A stretch of DNA of 64,000 bases, from assembly GCA_963796105.1 (NCBI GenBank), contig CAWCKJ010000002.1:128001-192000 (forward strand). The letters are read 5' to 3'. Position 1 is the stretch's first letter. Every line of letters starts with the position of its first letter. Below, one piece after another: positions 1-8,637 of this stretch. Position numbers and translations under genes: made by a program. Origin of the DNA: a candidate division FCPU426 bacterium. GTDB lineage: Bacteria > Oederibacteriota > Muellerivitia > Muellerivitales > Muellerivitaceae. The notes beneath the pieces are model-generated. The model was given only the letters and a program-made list of their open reading frames with translations, was not told the DNA's origin and made no database searches.

Positions 1-374
1 CCAAGGAGTTCGACCGCACCCAGGTCAAGAGAAAGACCCGTTCCGATAAAAAAGTACGGATCCCGCGCAATCAACGGCAGGGGGTTAGCGGCGGGGAGTC
101 GGGGACTTCCATAGGGCAACCGGGAGAAAGGGAAGAAGAAACCCAATATCCGGAGTGGGTGCTGAAAATCCGCGCGTTTTTGGAAAAACTGGATAAGTGG
201 GAGCAAAGCGATCCGGTGGATAGGTTCATTGAGAAACATGCCGGACTGTTATTCTTCATCCTTCTAGTGCTTATATTCGCGAGCTGTAGGGTGACCCATT
301 GCGGCAAGTCCCAACAACCTGAGGCCCAGCCCCCGGCGGCGGTCTCAACCCCGGCCCAAGATACCAAGCCATAA
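1..374 (+). CDS. Partial hypothetical membrane protein (5' end outside window)
   Basis: Frame is open from base 3 (KEFDRTQVKRK...) through the listed 159..374 ORF; one C-terminal hydrophobic segment (LLFFILLVLIFA). Confidence 0.55.
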   Translation, partial: KEFDRTQVKRKTRSDKKVRIPRNQRQGVSGGESGTSIGQPGEREEETQYPEWVLKIRAFLEKLDKWEQSDPVDRFIEKHAGLLFFILLVLIFASCRVTHCGKSQQPEAQPPAAVSTPAQDTKP

Positions 375-381
375 CCAAAAG

Positions 382-418
382 TTGACAACATGACCTCTAT
401 AGGTCATCATAAGGTCAT
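382..418 (+). promoter_or_regulatory. Putative TA promoter/operator
   Basis: TTGACA at 382-387, then palindrome ATGACCT-N4-AGGTCAT (390-407) and a third half-site AGGTCAT (412-418) at the antitoxin start; typical of TA autoregulation. Confidence 0.6.
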
Positions 419-686
419 GATTAAAAATGATAAAACCTCCGTGCGAATGGCTGACTTTAAGGCCCACTTGAGCCGGTATATCCGCGATGTCCGGCAGGGC
501 CGTCCCTTGACCCTTATGGACAGGGAAACACCCGTGGCGCAAGTTATTCCCTATCCCGGGAAGCCCGGGAATTTGGCGGTTCGTCCGGCCGTCCGCCGGC
601 CGGGCCAGGTGCGTTTTCCAGCGCCCCACAAGAAAAAGCTGGATGTGGTCCAATACGCCGCGGAGGAAAGGGAAAGATACCGTTGA
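417..686 (+). CDS. Phd/YefM-family antitoxin
   Basis: VRMADFKAHLSRYIRDVRQGRPLTLMDRETPVAQVIP matches the Phd/YefM pattern; overlaps the downstream PIN gene. Start 417 preferred to 390, which lies in the operator. Confidence 0.85.
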   Translation: MIKNDKTSVRMADFKAHLSRYIRDVRQGRPLTLMDRETPVAQVIPYPGKPGNLAVRPAVRRPGQVRFPAPHKKKLDVVQYAAEERERYR

Positions 687-1099
687 ACGCCTACTTGGAC
701 ACCTCAGTCGTATTGAGGCTTCTCCTGGGCCAGCCTGACGCGCTCAAGGATTGGGGAAATTACGAGAAACTGGTCGGAAGCGCCCTGGTGGAGGTGGAAA
801 GCCTGAGGACCCTGGACCGAATGAGGCTCAAGGGGGAAATATCAGAGCCGGAATCGCAGGAATTCCGGGCCGGGTTGTATGAATTCCTTGAAACGATGGA
901 ATTGGTGGAACCCTCCGGGGCCATTCTGCGAAGGGCGTCGGGATCTTTTCCCGCGGTCCTTGGCACGTTGGACGCCATTCACCTATCCACGGCCTTGGCC
1001 TGGCAGGACGAGCGCGCGTCATTCCTGACAGTGGCCACCCATGACAAGACGTTCGGAAAAGCCGCCAAGGCCCTGGGCTTTAAAACCGTGGGATTTTAA
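683..1099 (+). CDS. vapC: VapC-family PIN-domain toxin
   Basis: YLDTSVVL...E...TLDAIHLSTAL...ATHD PIN motifs. Confidence 0.9.
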   Translation: MNAYLDTSVVLRLLLGQPDALKDWGNYEKLVGSALVEVESLRTLDRMRLKGEISEPESQEFRAGLYEFLETMELVEPSGAILRRASGSFPAVLGTLDAIHLSTALAWQDERASFLTVATHDKTFGKAAKALGFKTVGF

Positions 1100-1200
1100 T
1101 TATCCATTGCCCAGTGGTGAACCTGTCGAACCATTCATTTTTCATTGTTTTTTCGTCAATTCCTAACTGCTAATTCCTAATTGCTTTTCAGAGTGTTCCT
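1100..1200. repeat. Left copy of ~100-bp inverted repeat (partner 4788-4888)
   Basis: Reverse complement aligns to 4788-4888 with few mismatches; built from heptamer repeats plus a TGGTGAACCTGTCGAACCA REP-like hairpin. Confidence 0.9.
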
Positions 1201-1250
1201 GAATCGCCTTTTGTATTTGCGGCCAATTTCTAATTACTAATTCCGAATTC

Positions 1251-2729
1251 CTAATTTATTAGTTGTTCTATGGCTTCGACCATTTTCGTCAAATCCTTTT
1301 TCCATTTCCCCCAAGCTACCTTTCCTGATGCCTCTTGGACCAGCATCGGGGCGGAAAGGGCGAACCGCAGGCCCCAATATTCCGGGCCGCCTGGTTTTTT
1401 CGCGTCGGGGGGGGAAAGCCTTACGGGCTTACCGAGAAGGTAACCAGCCTGGAACAGTTTTTTCCTTAATTCGGCGAGTTTTTCCTGGCTCATCCGGTCC
1501 CGCTCATTTTTCCTATCAGAGGAATAGACCAAGACGGTAAAGATGGACCGGCAATGATTATCAGTCCCGTCCACCAGGGTGAGACGTTTGGATTTTTGAA
1601 CCGCGTTGGATGCTTCCCGGGACATCCGGCAAAGAACCGCCTCCCTTTTTGGCTGGGGGATGGAGAAGTAAGCCTTCATCTCCGCCAGCGCGGCCTCCCA
1701 ACGCAGAAGCAAGCCCAAGTTCCAGGAACCCAAGGGGTGCTTCGAATTTAATAGGGGAGAGAATTCCGGCCCAAAATCAGCTTTTGTAAGGTAAGGGGAA
1801 AGTAGTCGCGGGAACAGGGAATGGTTCGGGCGGCGCAGGAGCGAATCCAGCTTTTTCCGGGGCATGAGCAGGGCCCCGCAAAAGGGAGGCCCTCCGAAGA
1901 ACTTGGAACCGCTGATAAGGACAAAATAACCCTCCTTAAGGTAGGCCTTGAAACCATCCGGTCTCCACCGGCCCTGAGCCGCGTCCACCAGGACGGTCAC
2001 CTTGCCGGGGTGGGCTTCACGGAGGCGTTTGACGAAACCCAGCGAGGGCGAGGAGGCCCCGGTCTTCGAGGAATCCACGAGCCGCAGAAGGATATGCTTG
2101 CCGGCCTTGATAGCCTGGCCCACAGCCTGATGGAGGCGTTGCTCAACCGTTCTGGCTGGCAGGAATTTTCCTTTGGGGTTCCGGATATGGATTTCGGTGT
2201 TCCAGATGCGCTTGAATTCCTTGCCCACGAAAGGCTTACCATGGACCGCGGAGCGCCCGTTGGGAAGCATGGAGTCGAAATACCTCCCGGAACCGGCCAG
2301 GGCGGAGCCTTGTCCCAGTTCCAGGGGAGCCATGAAGATGTTCCGGATAGGGCCGGGAAAAGCGGTCAGGGTCCAGGCCAGGGGTATCGCCTCGGCGTCG
2401 GTCCCGCTGGGGGAAAGGATGATCTCGTAATCGTCCAGTTCCTTGTAGGCGAGTATTTCCCTCAAACGATCCCGGACCAGGCGCGCGGCCTCAACCGCCC
2501 CAAAAGACGTGGAGTGTTTTTTCTGGGACAGTTTTTTCCAAAGTCCTTGGGCAGCCTTGAATCCCCTGGGAGAGGGGGGAACGGCGGTGCAGGAGGACCA
2601 AATCGAGAGGTTTTTCATGGGATAAGGGGCGCAGTAATAGGGGTTCAACCCGGTGTTGGGGTCCGTGACGGCCCTGCTGTCAGCGCCCTGGCCTAATAGG
2701 ATTGAAAGGGAAGGAATGGAGGAAGACAT
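1251..2729 (-). CDS. PLP-dependent transferase-fold protein, function unknown
   Basis: SPSGTDAE, VLVDAAQGR and ISGSKFFGGPPFCGA are fold-type I PLP motifs including the Schiff-base Lys. Confidence 0.7.
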   Translation of the reverse strand: MSSSIPSLSILLGQGADSRAVTDPNTGLNPYYCAPYPMKNLSIWSSCTAVPPSPRGFKAAQGLWKKLSQKKHSTSFGAVEAARLVRDRLREILAYKELDDYEIILSPSGTDAEAIPLAWTLTAFPGPIRNIFMAPLELGQGSALAGSGRYFDSMLPNGRSAVHGKPFVGKEFKRIWNTEIHIRNPKGKFLPARTVEQRLHQAVGQAIKAGKHILLRLVDSSKTGASSPSLGFVKRLREAHPGKVTVLVDAAQGRWRPDGFKAYLKEGYFVLISGSKFFGGPPFCGALLMPRKKLDSLLRRPNHSLFPRLLSPYLTKADFGPEFSPLLNSKHPLGSWNLGLLLRWEAALAEMKAYFSIPQPKREAVLCRMSREASNAVQKSKRLTLVDGTDNHCRSIFTVLVYSSDRKNERDRMSQEKLAELRKKLFQAGYLLGKPVRLSPPDAKKPGGPEYWGLRFALSAPMLVQEASGKVAWGKWKKDLTKMVEAIEQLIN

Positions 2730-2754
2730 GGATTCAATAATACAACATAAAGGA

Positions 2755-2786
2755 AAGTTAGGAATTAGAAGTTAGGAGTGAGGAAT
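2755..2786. repeat. Heptamer repeat arm (AGTTAGG/AATTAGA/AGTGAGG) left of the four-helix-bundle gene
   Basis: Imperfect 7-mer tandem, inverted relative to 3314-3345. Confidence 0.8.
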
Positions 2787-2897
2787 GGACGACTAAAATC
2801 GCCATTATAAAATTTGTTGAAAACCACAAAAAAATCAAACAACCGTGAAAACATACCTATAAAATACGATAATTACATTTGGGGAGGTAATTGAAAA

Positions 2898-3272
2898 TTG
2901 GCTTCTAATAGCATTATCCGGGAAAAAAGCTTCGCTTTTGCTTTGAAAATAATCAAACTTTACAAAACACTTCTTAATCAAAAAGAGTTTATTTTATCTA
3001 AACAATTATTGAGGAGTGGAACCAGTATCGGAGCTAACGTAGAGGAGGCATTGGCCGCCCAAACCCGCAAGGAATTTCACTCGAAAATGACCATTGCGTT
3101 CAAGGAAACGCGCGAAACCCGTTATTGGCTTCAATTACTCAAAGAATCAGAATTGGTGGTATTTGATTTTTCTATTTTTTTGACGGATGTTGATGAACTG
3201 AATCGAATATTGTCGTCTATTACAAACTCTACAAAAATTACTTCTGACAAATCAAACAATTCCCATAACTAG
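2898..3272 (+). CDS. Four-helix-bundle protein (23S rRNA-IVS protein / TIGR02436-like)
   Basis: KSFAFALKIIKLY...LSKQLLRSGTSIGANVEEA...KMTIAFKETRETRYWLQLL signature; GGAGG RBS upstream. Confidence 0.92.
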   Translation: MASNSIIREKSFAFALKIIKLYKTLLNQKEFILSKQLLRSGTSIGANVEEALAAQTRKEFHSKMTIAFKETRETRYWLQLLKESELVVFDFSIFLTDVDELNRILSSITNSTKITSDKSNNSHN

Positions 3273-3313
3273 TTGGTCTTTTGACTTTTTCCCGGACTTT
3301 GCTTATTTTTAAA

Positions 3314-3345
3314 AACTCCTAACTTCTAACTCCTCACTCCTAACT
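3314..3345. repeat. Heptamer repeat arm (AACTCCT/AACTTCT/CACTCCT) right of the four-helix-bundle gene
   Basis: Inverted counterpart of 2755-2786. Confidence 0.8.
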
Positions 3346-3350
3346 GAAGT

Positions 3351-4706
3351 TTATTCTTCTTGGTCGAGTTTATCTTCCATTTCTTTCACCATCTTTTCCA
3401 CCGCGCCTTCCCCCGGCTTGACCGCGAAGAGGGTCCCGTAGGCCCCTCCAGTCTTTTTCCTTTTTTTCACGCCGGGGTATTTCCCGGCTATTTTCACGCA
3501 TTCCGCCAGATCCTTGAGGAACTCACCGGCGACAGGCCCGTGGACGGGGGTAATGACCATGTGGATGGCGGGAGGGTCCATCAGGCAGTCCAGGTTCCAT
3601 TTTCTTTTTTCCAGCTCGTCCGCGACCCTAAAGATGTCCAGGGCAGGGTTGGAGGAGCCAAAGGCGAACACGCTCATCTCGGGCTTGCCCAGGATTTCCA
3701 GGCCCTGGATGGCCTTGATGCCCTCCTGGAGTTTCCGGGTGGTCCTCATGATCCCCTCGAAAAGCCCGAGATAACCTTCCTCGCCCAGAGCCCTCAAGGC
3801 GGCCCAGGCGGAGGCGGCGTTGCCGCCGGACCTTGTTCCCAGCAAGCCGGGGCTCGCGAAGGGGCCGCCGGACCATTGGGTGTCGGCAAAGAATTGATGG
3901 CGCCTGAGATCCGGGTTTTTATAAAGCAGGACCGAGGCGCCCTTGGCCGAGAAGCCGTATTTGTGCAGGTCCAGGGCCAGGGAAGTCACGCCCGGAACCT
4001 CGAAACCGAAAGCCGGGATGGGTTGGCCTAATTTCCGCAGGAAGGGAAGGGCAACCCCGCCAAGGCAGGCGTCCACGTGAAGGCCGATTTTACGCTTCAA
4101 GGCGATTTGCCCCAGGGCGCCGATGGGGTCCAAAGTCCCGTGAGGGAAACTGGGGGCCGAGGCGATGATGGCGGCGGTATTGGGGCGGATTCGTCCCGCG
4201 ATGGCCTTGGGATCAGCCCGGAGATCTGGGCCGCAGTCCACAACCACGGTTTTCAAACCCAGGTATTGGGCCGCCTTGAGGTGGCAGGGGTGGGTGTTGC
4301 GGCTCAGGATGATTACAGGATGGGTCGCGCGGTTTTTTTGGGAATCCCTGTAGGCTTTCAAGGCCAGAAGGGCGCTTTCCGTCCCGCCGGACGTGAAACT
4401 GCCGCGAACCTTGGAATAACCAGGCTGGGCTTTCGGGCCTGCCAGGAGGTTCCGGACCATGGAAACCACCTCGGACTCGATTCTCGCCACGCTGGGGAAG
4501 GCCCTGGCGCTCAAGGCGTTCTCGGACTGGTAAAGCGCGAAGGCCTTTTCCAAAAGGGCCTGGTGCTTTTTGCCGGCGAAGTAAACCAGGCTGAAGGACC
4601 GGCCGGTTTTCCAGTCCCAATCGTCCTTTTTTAGTTTTTGAAGCTCCGCCAGGATCTTTTTGGGGTCCTGGGAACGGGGAGGGAATGGGGGCATAAACAT
4701 AATCAT
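3351..4706 (-). CDS. Group II PLP-dependent decarboxylase / sphingosine-1-phosphate lyase-like
   Basis: FTSGGTES, SAPSFPHG, LHVDACLGG, DLHKYG and GTRSG motifs typical of the SPL/GAD family. Confidence 0.85.
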   Translation of the reverse strand: MIMFMPPFPPRSQDPKKILAELQKLKKDDWDWKTGRSFSLVYFAGKKHQALLEKAFALYQSENALSARAFPSVARIESEVVSMVRNLLAGPKAQPGYSKVRGSFTSGGTESALLALKAYRDSQKNRATHPVIILSRNTHPCHLKAAQYLGLKTVVVDCGPDLRADPKAIAGRIRPNTAAIIASAPSFPHGTLDPIGALGQIALKRKIGLHVDACLGGVALPFLRKLGQPIPAFGFEVPGVTSLALDLHKYGFSAKGASVLLYKNPDLRRHQFFADTQWSGGPFASPGLLGTRSGGNAASAWAALRALGEEGYLGLFEGIMRTTRKLQEGIKAIQGLEILGKPEMSVFAFGSSNPALDIFRVADELEKRKWNLDCLMDPPAIHMVITPVHGPVAGEFLKDLAECVKIAGKYPGVKKRKKTGGAYGTLFAVKPGEGAVEKMVKEMEDKLDQEE

Positions 4707-4787
4707 ACAATCAAAACTTCAATTTAAAATGAATAATGAACAATGAACAATCGACAAACGGAAATCAGGAACATGCCGAAGGCAATT

Positions 4788-4888
4788 AGGAACACTCTGA
4801 AAGGCAATTAGGAATTAGAAGTTAGGAATTAACTGAAAAACAATGAAAAATGAATGGCTCGACAGGCTCACCACTGGGCAATGGAAAA
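4788..4888. repeat. Right copy of ~100-bp inverted repeat (partner 1100-1200)
   Basis: aggaacactctga...ggaattag...aatgaaaaatgaatggctcgacaggctcaccactgggcaatgg is the reverse complement of 1100-1200. Confidence 0.9.
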
Positions 4889-4951
4889 TGAATACCCGAC
4901 AAAAAGAAATTAGAAGCAACTTCAAAAGAAATTGCTGGTTCAGTAAAACAC

Positions 4952-5350
4952 TTAAGGAATGCAATGAAAACCATGTTCTCGAAAATGCTTATCGAAGGTG
5001 AGGATGTTCTTGATCCCTTTCTTCCGCATCACTTCAAAACTTACACAATCCACCAAGCTTAAATCCCTTTTTTTAACCGCCAGCACGGCGGCAAGGCCCG
5101 CTTCATGCGAGTATTCGTCAATCCATTCCACCGATAGGATTGGGACGACATCATTTTTAAAATCAGATACGGCCTCAAGGCCTAAGCGGTTTTGGAGCAG
5201 GGAAAAAGTCTCCAAAATGATGTAATTGCTGCAAACAAGTGTGGTATCCGACTCCAGCAAGGATTTCCACGCCTGGTCCGCTCTTGAATGAAACCGGTCT
5301 TCCTTAGTTAGAAGGGCGATAAAAAAAGAAGTGTCAACAAAGGTGGTCAC
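4952..5350 (-). CDS. vapC: VapC-family PIN toxin (paralogue of 40803..41201)
   Basis: FVDTSFFIA...ILE...SLVDCVSF...LTFDKHF. Confidence 0.9.
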   Translation of the reverse strand: MTTFVDTSFFIALLTKEDRFHSRADQAWKSLLESDTTLVCSNYIILETFSLLQNRLGLEAVSDFKNDVVPILSVEWIDEYSHEAGLAAVLAVKKRDLSLVDCVSFEVMRKKGIKNILTFDKHFREHGFHCIP

Positions 5351-5592
5351 TTGGCGTAGTTCTCGGCCAAGTATTTATCGTGGTTAATGGAGAGATCGGA
5401 ATAACGAGAATGGAATTTCCCCGAAATGGCGATAGCGCGTTCCCGCCTTTCCTCTGGGCTGGGGGTGCCGTTTTTAAGGTATGCATCAACCCCTTGGCGG
5501 ATGACCTCGGCCATGGAGATGTGCCGTTCCATGGCGATTCTTTTCAACGAAGCGGATTGTCTCTTAGTCAGTTGAATTTGGGTGCGAACCAT
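5347..5592 (-). CDS. Ribbon-helix-helix (CopG-like) antitoxin
   Basis: MVRTQIQLT...ISMAEVIRQGVD RHH, C-terminal DLSINHDKYL; 4-bp overlap with vapC. Confidence 0.85.
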   Translation of the reverse strand: MVRTQIQLTKRQSASLKRIAMERHISMAEVIRQGVDAYLKNGTPSPEERRERAIAISGKFHSRYSDLSINHDKYLAENYAK

Positions 5593-5606
5593 CGAGACCC
5601 CCTAGG

Positions 5607-5635
5607 TGATAACACATTGACTATAATGATAACAC
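5607..5635 (-). promoter_or_regulatory. Putative RHH operator (two TGATAACAC boxes)
   Basis: Direct repeat at 5607-5615 and 5627-5635 upstream of the antitoxin; a similar pair lies upstream of the paralogue near 41458-41486. Confidence 0.5.
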
Positions 5636-5649
5636 GTCACTCGAAAATC

Positions 5650-6570
5650 TCAAACCCTTGTTTTTCGGGTGGCTAAAAGGACGTTCTGTAGCAGTTTGCG
5701 GCTGAATTCCTTGTCGCGGAAAGGCAACAGCCCCCCGTTGGGCGTGAAGGTGAACTCGCTGAAGTAAACCCCGTCCGGCAGGTCGTACAGATCCACCCGC
5801 ACGAAATCGAAGGGCTTGGACAGGTCGCTGGCGATTTTAAGCATTTGTTTCCAATGCCTGGGCTTTCTGGGCAGGGGATCTGGCAGGGGATTGATGTCGT
5901 CAATGGGGATATGGCGGAAGCCGGGGACCGTGAAAAGGGCCTGCCGGTGGTCAATGAAGCGGTCCTGGTCATATTGGCAGAAAAAGACCTTTCCCCGAGA
6001 GCAAAAGAGCCGGTAATCGGGGGGATTTCCGTCCCCCAGCATTTCCTCAATGATAATTTTCCAGGGAAGGCGCTTGTATTGAACCTCCCGGTCATTAAAA
6101 AAGAAATTCCTTTGGGCTGATTTATAAAGACGTTTCAATTCCTCAAAGCCGGACTTTTTTAAATAAATAACACCACCCGTGACATGGGTTGGCTTTGCCA
6201 CGAGGTTTTTCCCTTTATAGGGAAGAAGGAAGCGTTCCACGTCTGACAATTTGGTTTGTTTTGACAACTCCATGACGGCGATGGTGCGGGGCGCTTTGAC
6301 AGCGGGGCAAAGGGATTGGGCGATAAGTTTAGCGTTCTGCTTGTCCACGCAGATTTCGTGTAAAAGCGGGCAAGGACGGATTTTTCGTGAAAATATAAAG
6401 TCCTCAAAGGCTGCGTCCGGCGCGTGGATAGGTCTTGGAAAGCGCTTGTGATATTTGAGGAAAGGTCGAATGACGAATAACCAATTTAAAACCACGAAGT
6501 CAGGAAGGCATTTGGATATTGTTAATTTGGCCCAATTGAATAATGTGTGAATAATATTTTTCAATCGCAT
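5650..6570 (-). CDS. TupA-like ATP-grasp amidoligase
   Basis: AKPTH, IIIEEML, DYRLFC, FDFVRVDLY and YFSEFTFTP motifs. Confidence 0.88.
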   Translation of the reverse strand: MRLKNIIHTLFNWAKLTISKCLPDFVVLNWLFVIRPFLKYHKRFPRPIHAPDAAFEDFIFSRKIRPCPLLHEICVDKQNAKLIAQSLCPAVKAPRTIAVMELSKQTKLSDVERFLLPYKGKNLVAKPTHVTGGVIYLKKSGFEELKRLYKSAQRNFFFNDREVQYKRLPWKIIIEEMLGDGNPPDYRLFCSRGKVFFCQYDQDRFIDHRQALFTVPGFRHIPIDDINPLPDPLPRKPRHWKQMLKIASDLSKPFDFVRVDLYDLPDGVYFSEFTFTPNGGLLPFRDKEFSRKLLQNVLLATRKTRV

Positions 6571-6656
6571 TTAACCCTTAAAGTTAGAAGGACTGTTAAG
6601 TAACTTTATTTTGAAGATTATAAAGACGAATAATTTTAAAATTATAAAATCAATAA

Positions 6657-7757
6657 TCATCCCCCCATAAATGGATAGGGTTTTTCAATAGGTCTTTTTA
6701 TCAAATTTCCTTCGTTCCTTATTTTGTTAATCTTTGCACGTTCCCGGCCCTCTCTGGTTTTGTAAAGCTCCAAATCCCGGTACATGTCACATTTTGAGCA
6801 AGTAGAGTTCAATTGATCAGTTCCAAAACTCTTTCGGATATTTTTTAGTTTTTGGCCAATCCAAATTTCACTTAATCTCTCATCGTGTATGTTTCCGATG
6901 GAAAGATCTTTTTCTGAGTCCATAGCCGCGACGCATGAACACGCCAGCACTGTACCATCCCGCAAAACCATGGGGCCATTGTAGGTATTGACGCAGGGTT
7001 CTTTTTTCTTTCCCACAGTCCTTAATTTCATGGTTTTGGGCAGATTATCACTGGTGATACGCCCCCCTGCTGATGTGAAGGACCAGGTAAAATCAAATAA
7101 AGGTTTATATTTGCATATCTTTTGAAAATCCGGATGTTTTTCAACCTCAGCCAACGAAATATCTGGACGCAGGGCAATGGTAATTGGGATGGGAGTCGGC
7201 CTTTTTGAGTTTTCTTCCAAAAGGTTAACAACATTTTTAAGCATAATCTCATAAGAGGAGACGCGATAAACACGCTTATACATTTCTTTGTCGAATCCCG
7301 CCGTACTGATATTAACGAAACTTATGCCGGAATTCAAAAACTCGGTAACCCCGTGTTTGTGAAGCAGAATAGCGTTGGTAGTTACGATTATCCTATCTAT
7401 TTGTGGTAATGCCCTTAGGAATTTCACTCGTTTGATGAATTTCGGATCAATAAGAGCGTCTCCAACTATTGGTGTTAGATCCACCGATCCTCCACCGGTT
7501 TCACAAAAATCGCGAACTGCCTTATCGAATACTTCATCCGGCATAAATTCAGTACTACGTTCCTGGTACTGAAACGGGCAAAAAACACAATTTGCGTTAC
7601 AAAGATTTGTTAACTCCAAATGCAGTTCAAATGGTTTAATCTCAATTTGTGCCAAGGTGGCAGCAATCGGGAATAATTTGCCTACAAAAGCGTCAGTTTT
7701 GCGGGCTAAAATTCGGTAAATCTTATTTAAAAAGATTTTTGTCATTCCTAGTTCCAT
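6657..7757 (-). CDS. Radical SAM / SPASM-domain protein
   Basis: ELTNLCNANCVFC (CX3CX2C); C-terminal PC...DGTVLAC...GNI...CSKC. Confidence 0.88.
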   Translation of the reverse strand: MELGMTKIFLNKIYRILARKTDAFVGKLFPIAATLAQIEIKPFELHLELTNLCNANCVFCPFQYQERSTEFMPDEVFDKAVRDFCETGGGSVDLTPIVGDALIDPKFIKRVKFLRALPQIDRIIVTTNAILLHKHGVTEFLNSGISFVNISTAGFDKEMYKRVYRVSSYEIMLKNVVNLLEENSKRPTPIPITIALRPDISLAEVEKHPDFQKICKYKPLFDFTWSFTSAGGRITSDNLPKTMKLRTVGKKKEPCVNTYNGPMVLRDGTVLACSCVAAMDSEKDLSIGNIHDERLSEIWIGQKLKNIRKSFGTDQLNSTCSKCDMYRDLELYKTREGRERAKINKIRNEGNLIKRPIEKPYPFMGG

Positions 7758-7842
7758 TCCAAATGCTGAACAAAATTTCTGCGATTGTAAATCTAATAAT
7801 CAAAAACAGTGCTTATGAATTAATCACTTTTACGTTCAGAAT

Positions 7843-8637
7843 CTATTCTCTCATTTTGATTGTAATCATGAATTCATAAAAACTTTGAAGAACGCAATAG
7901 ACTAAGCCAGGGGTCCCATCCAGGAAACCACGTTTTAAAAAGTACAAGTAGATAAATTTGAGCATTGGACGGAATGGCATTCGAAAGGACAAAGCTTTTA
8001 GGAATTTCCTGCGCTCATAAGGATCTGAATTCAGAAAACCTTTCAAAGAAATTGGCGTATTAAGTGCTTTTATTCCCTCTGATGCCTCGAATGATGAATA
8101 TCGATTGTGTTTCGCGAACCATTCCTCCAAGCCCTTGCTGAAATTATAGTGGTCGAAATAATTTCTTAAATATCCATAAGAACCGGAAATGACCGGGGTT
8201 GGATTCACCAACCGCTCGAAACGGACATGCTTTGGCTTGAAAAATCGAAGGATATGGCTGGGTGGATAGGCGTGTTTGATCCATTTCCCCTGAAAAAAAT
8301 TCCGGCGCCCGCAGAAATACGCTACTTCTGTTCGAGTTGAATTGGCGGCAAGGGAAAGCAATTCATCTTTCAATTCAGGTGTCATCCGCTCATCGGCGTC
8401 CAGGTAAAAGACCCAGGGGTGGTTGAATTTGATGTTTTTCATGGCCCAATTTTGGTGAGAGGCCCAATTATCGAAAGATCTTTTGACTATCCGGCCATGC
8501 TTCTTTCTTGCCAATGAGATGGTTTTATCGGTGCTCCCTGAATCGAGTACGACGATATCATCGGACCAGGCCACTGAATCCAAACAGTCCTTGATATTGA
8601 TTTCCTCGTTTAAAGTAAGAATAAGTATGGAAATCAC
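7843..8637 (-). CDS. GT2 glycosyltransferase (beta-1,4-glucosyltransferase-like)
   Basis: ILTLNEE, VLDSGSTDKT, LDADE, GFLDG. Confidence 0.9.
   Translation of the reverse strand: MISILILTLNEEINIKDCLDSVAWSDDIVVLDSGSTDKTISLARKKHGRIVKRSFDNWASHQNWAMKNIKFNHPWVFYLDADERMTPELKDELLSLAANSTRTEVAYFCGRRNFFQGKWIKHAYPPSHILRFFKPKHVRFERLVNPTPVISGSYGYLRNYFDHYNFSKGLEEWFAKHNRYSSFEASEGIKALNTPISLKGFLNSDPYERRKFLKALSFRMPFRPMLKFIYLYFLKRGFLDGTPGLVYCVLQSFYEFMITIKMRE

Noticed and set aside
2898..3272. DGR accessory protein Avd or a true 23S rRNA intervening sequence
   Set aside because: No reverse transcriptase, TR/VR pair or rRNA sequence in the window.
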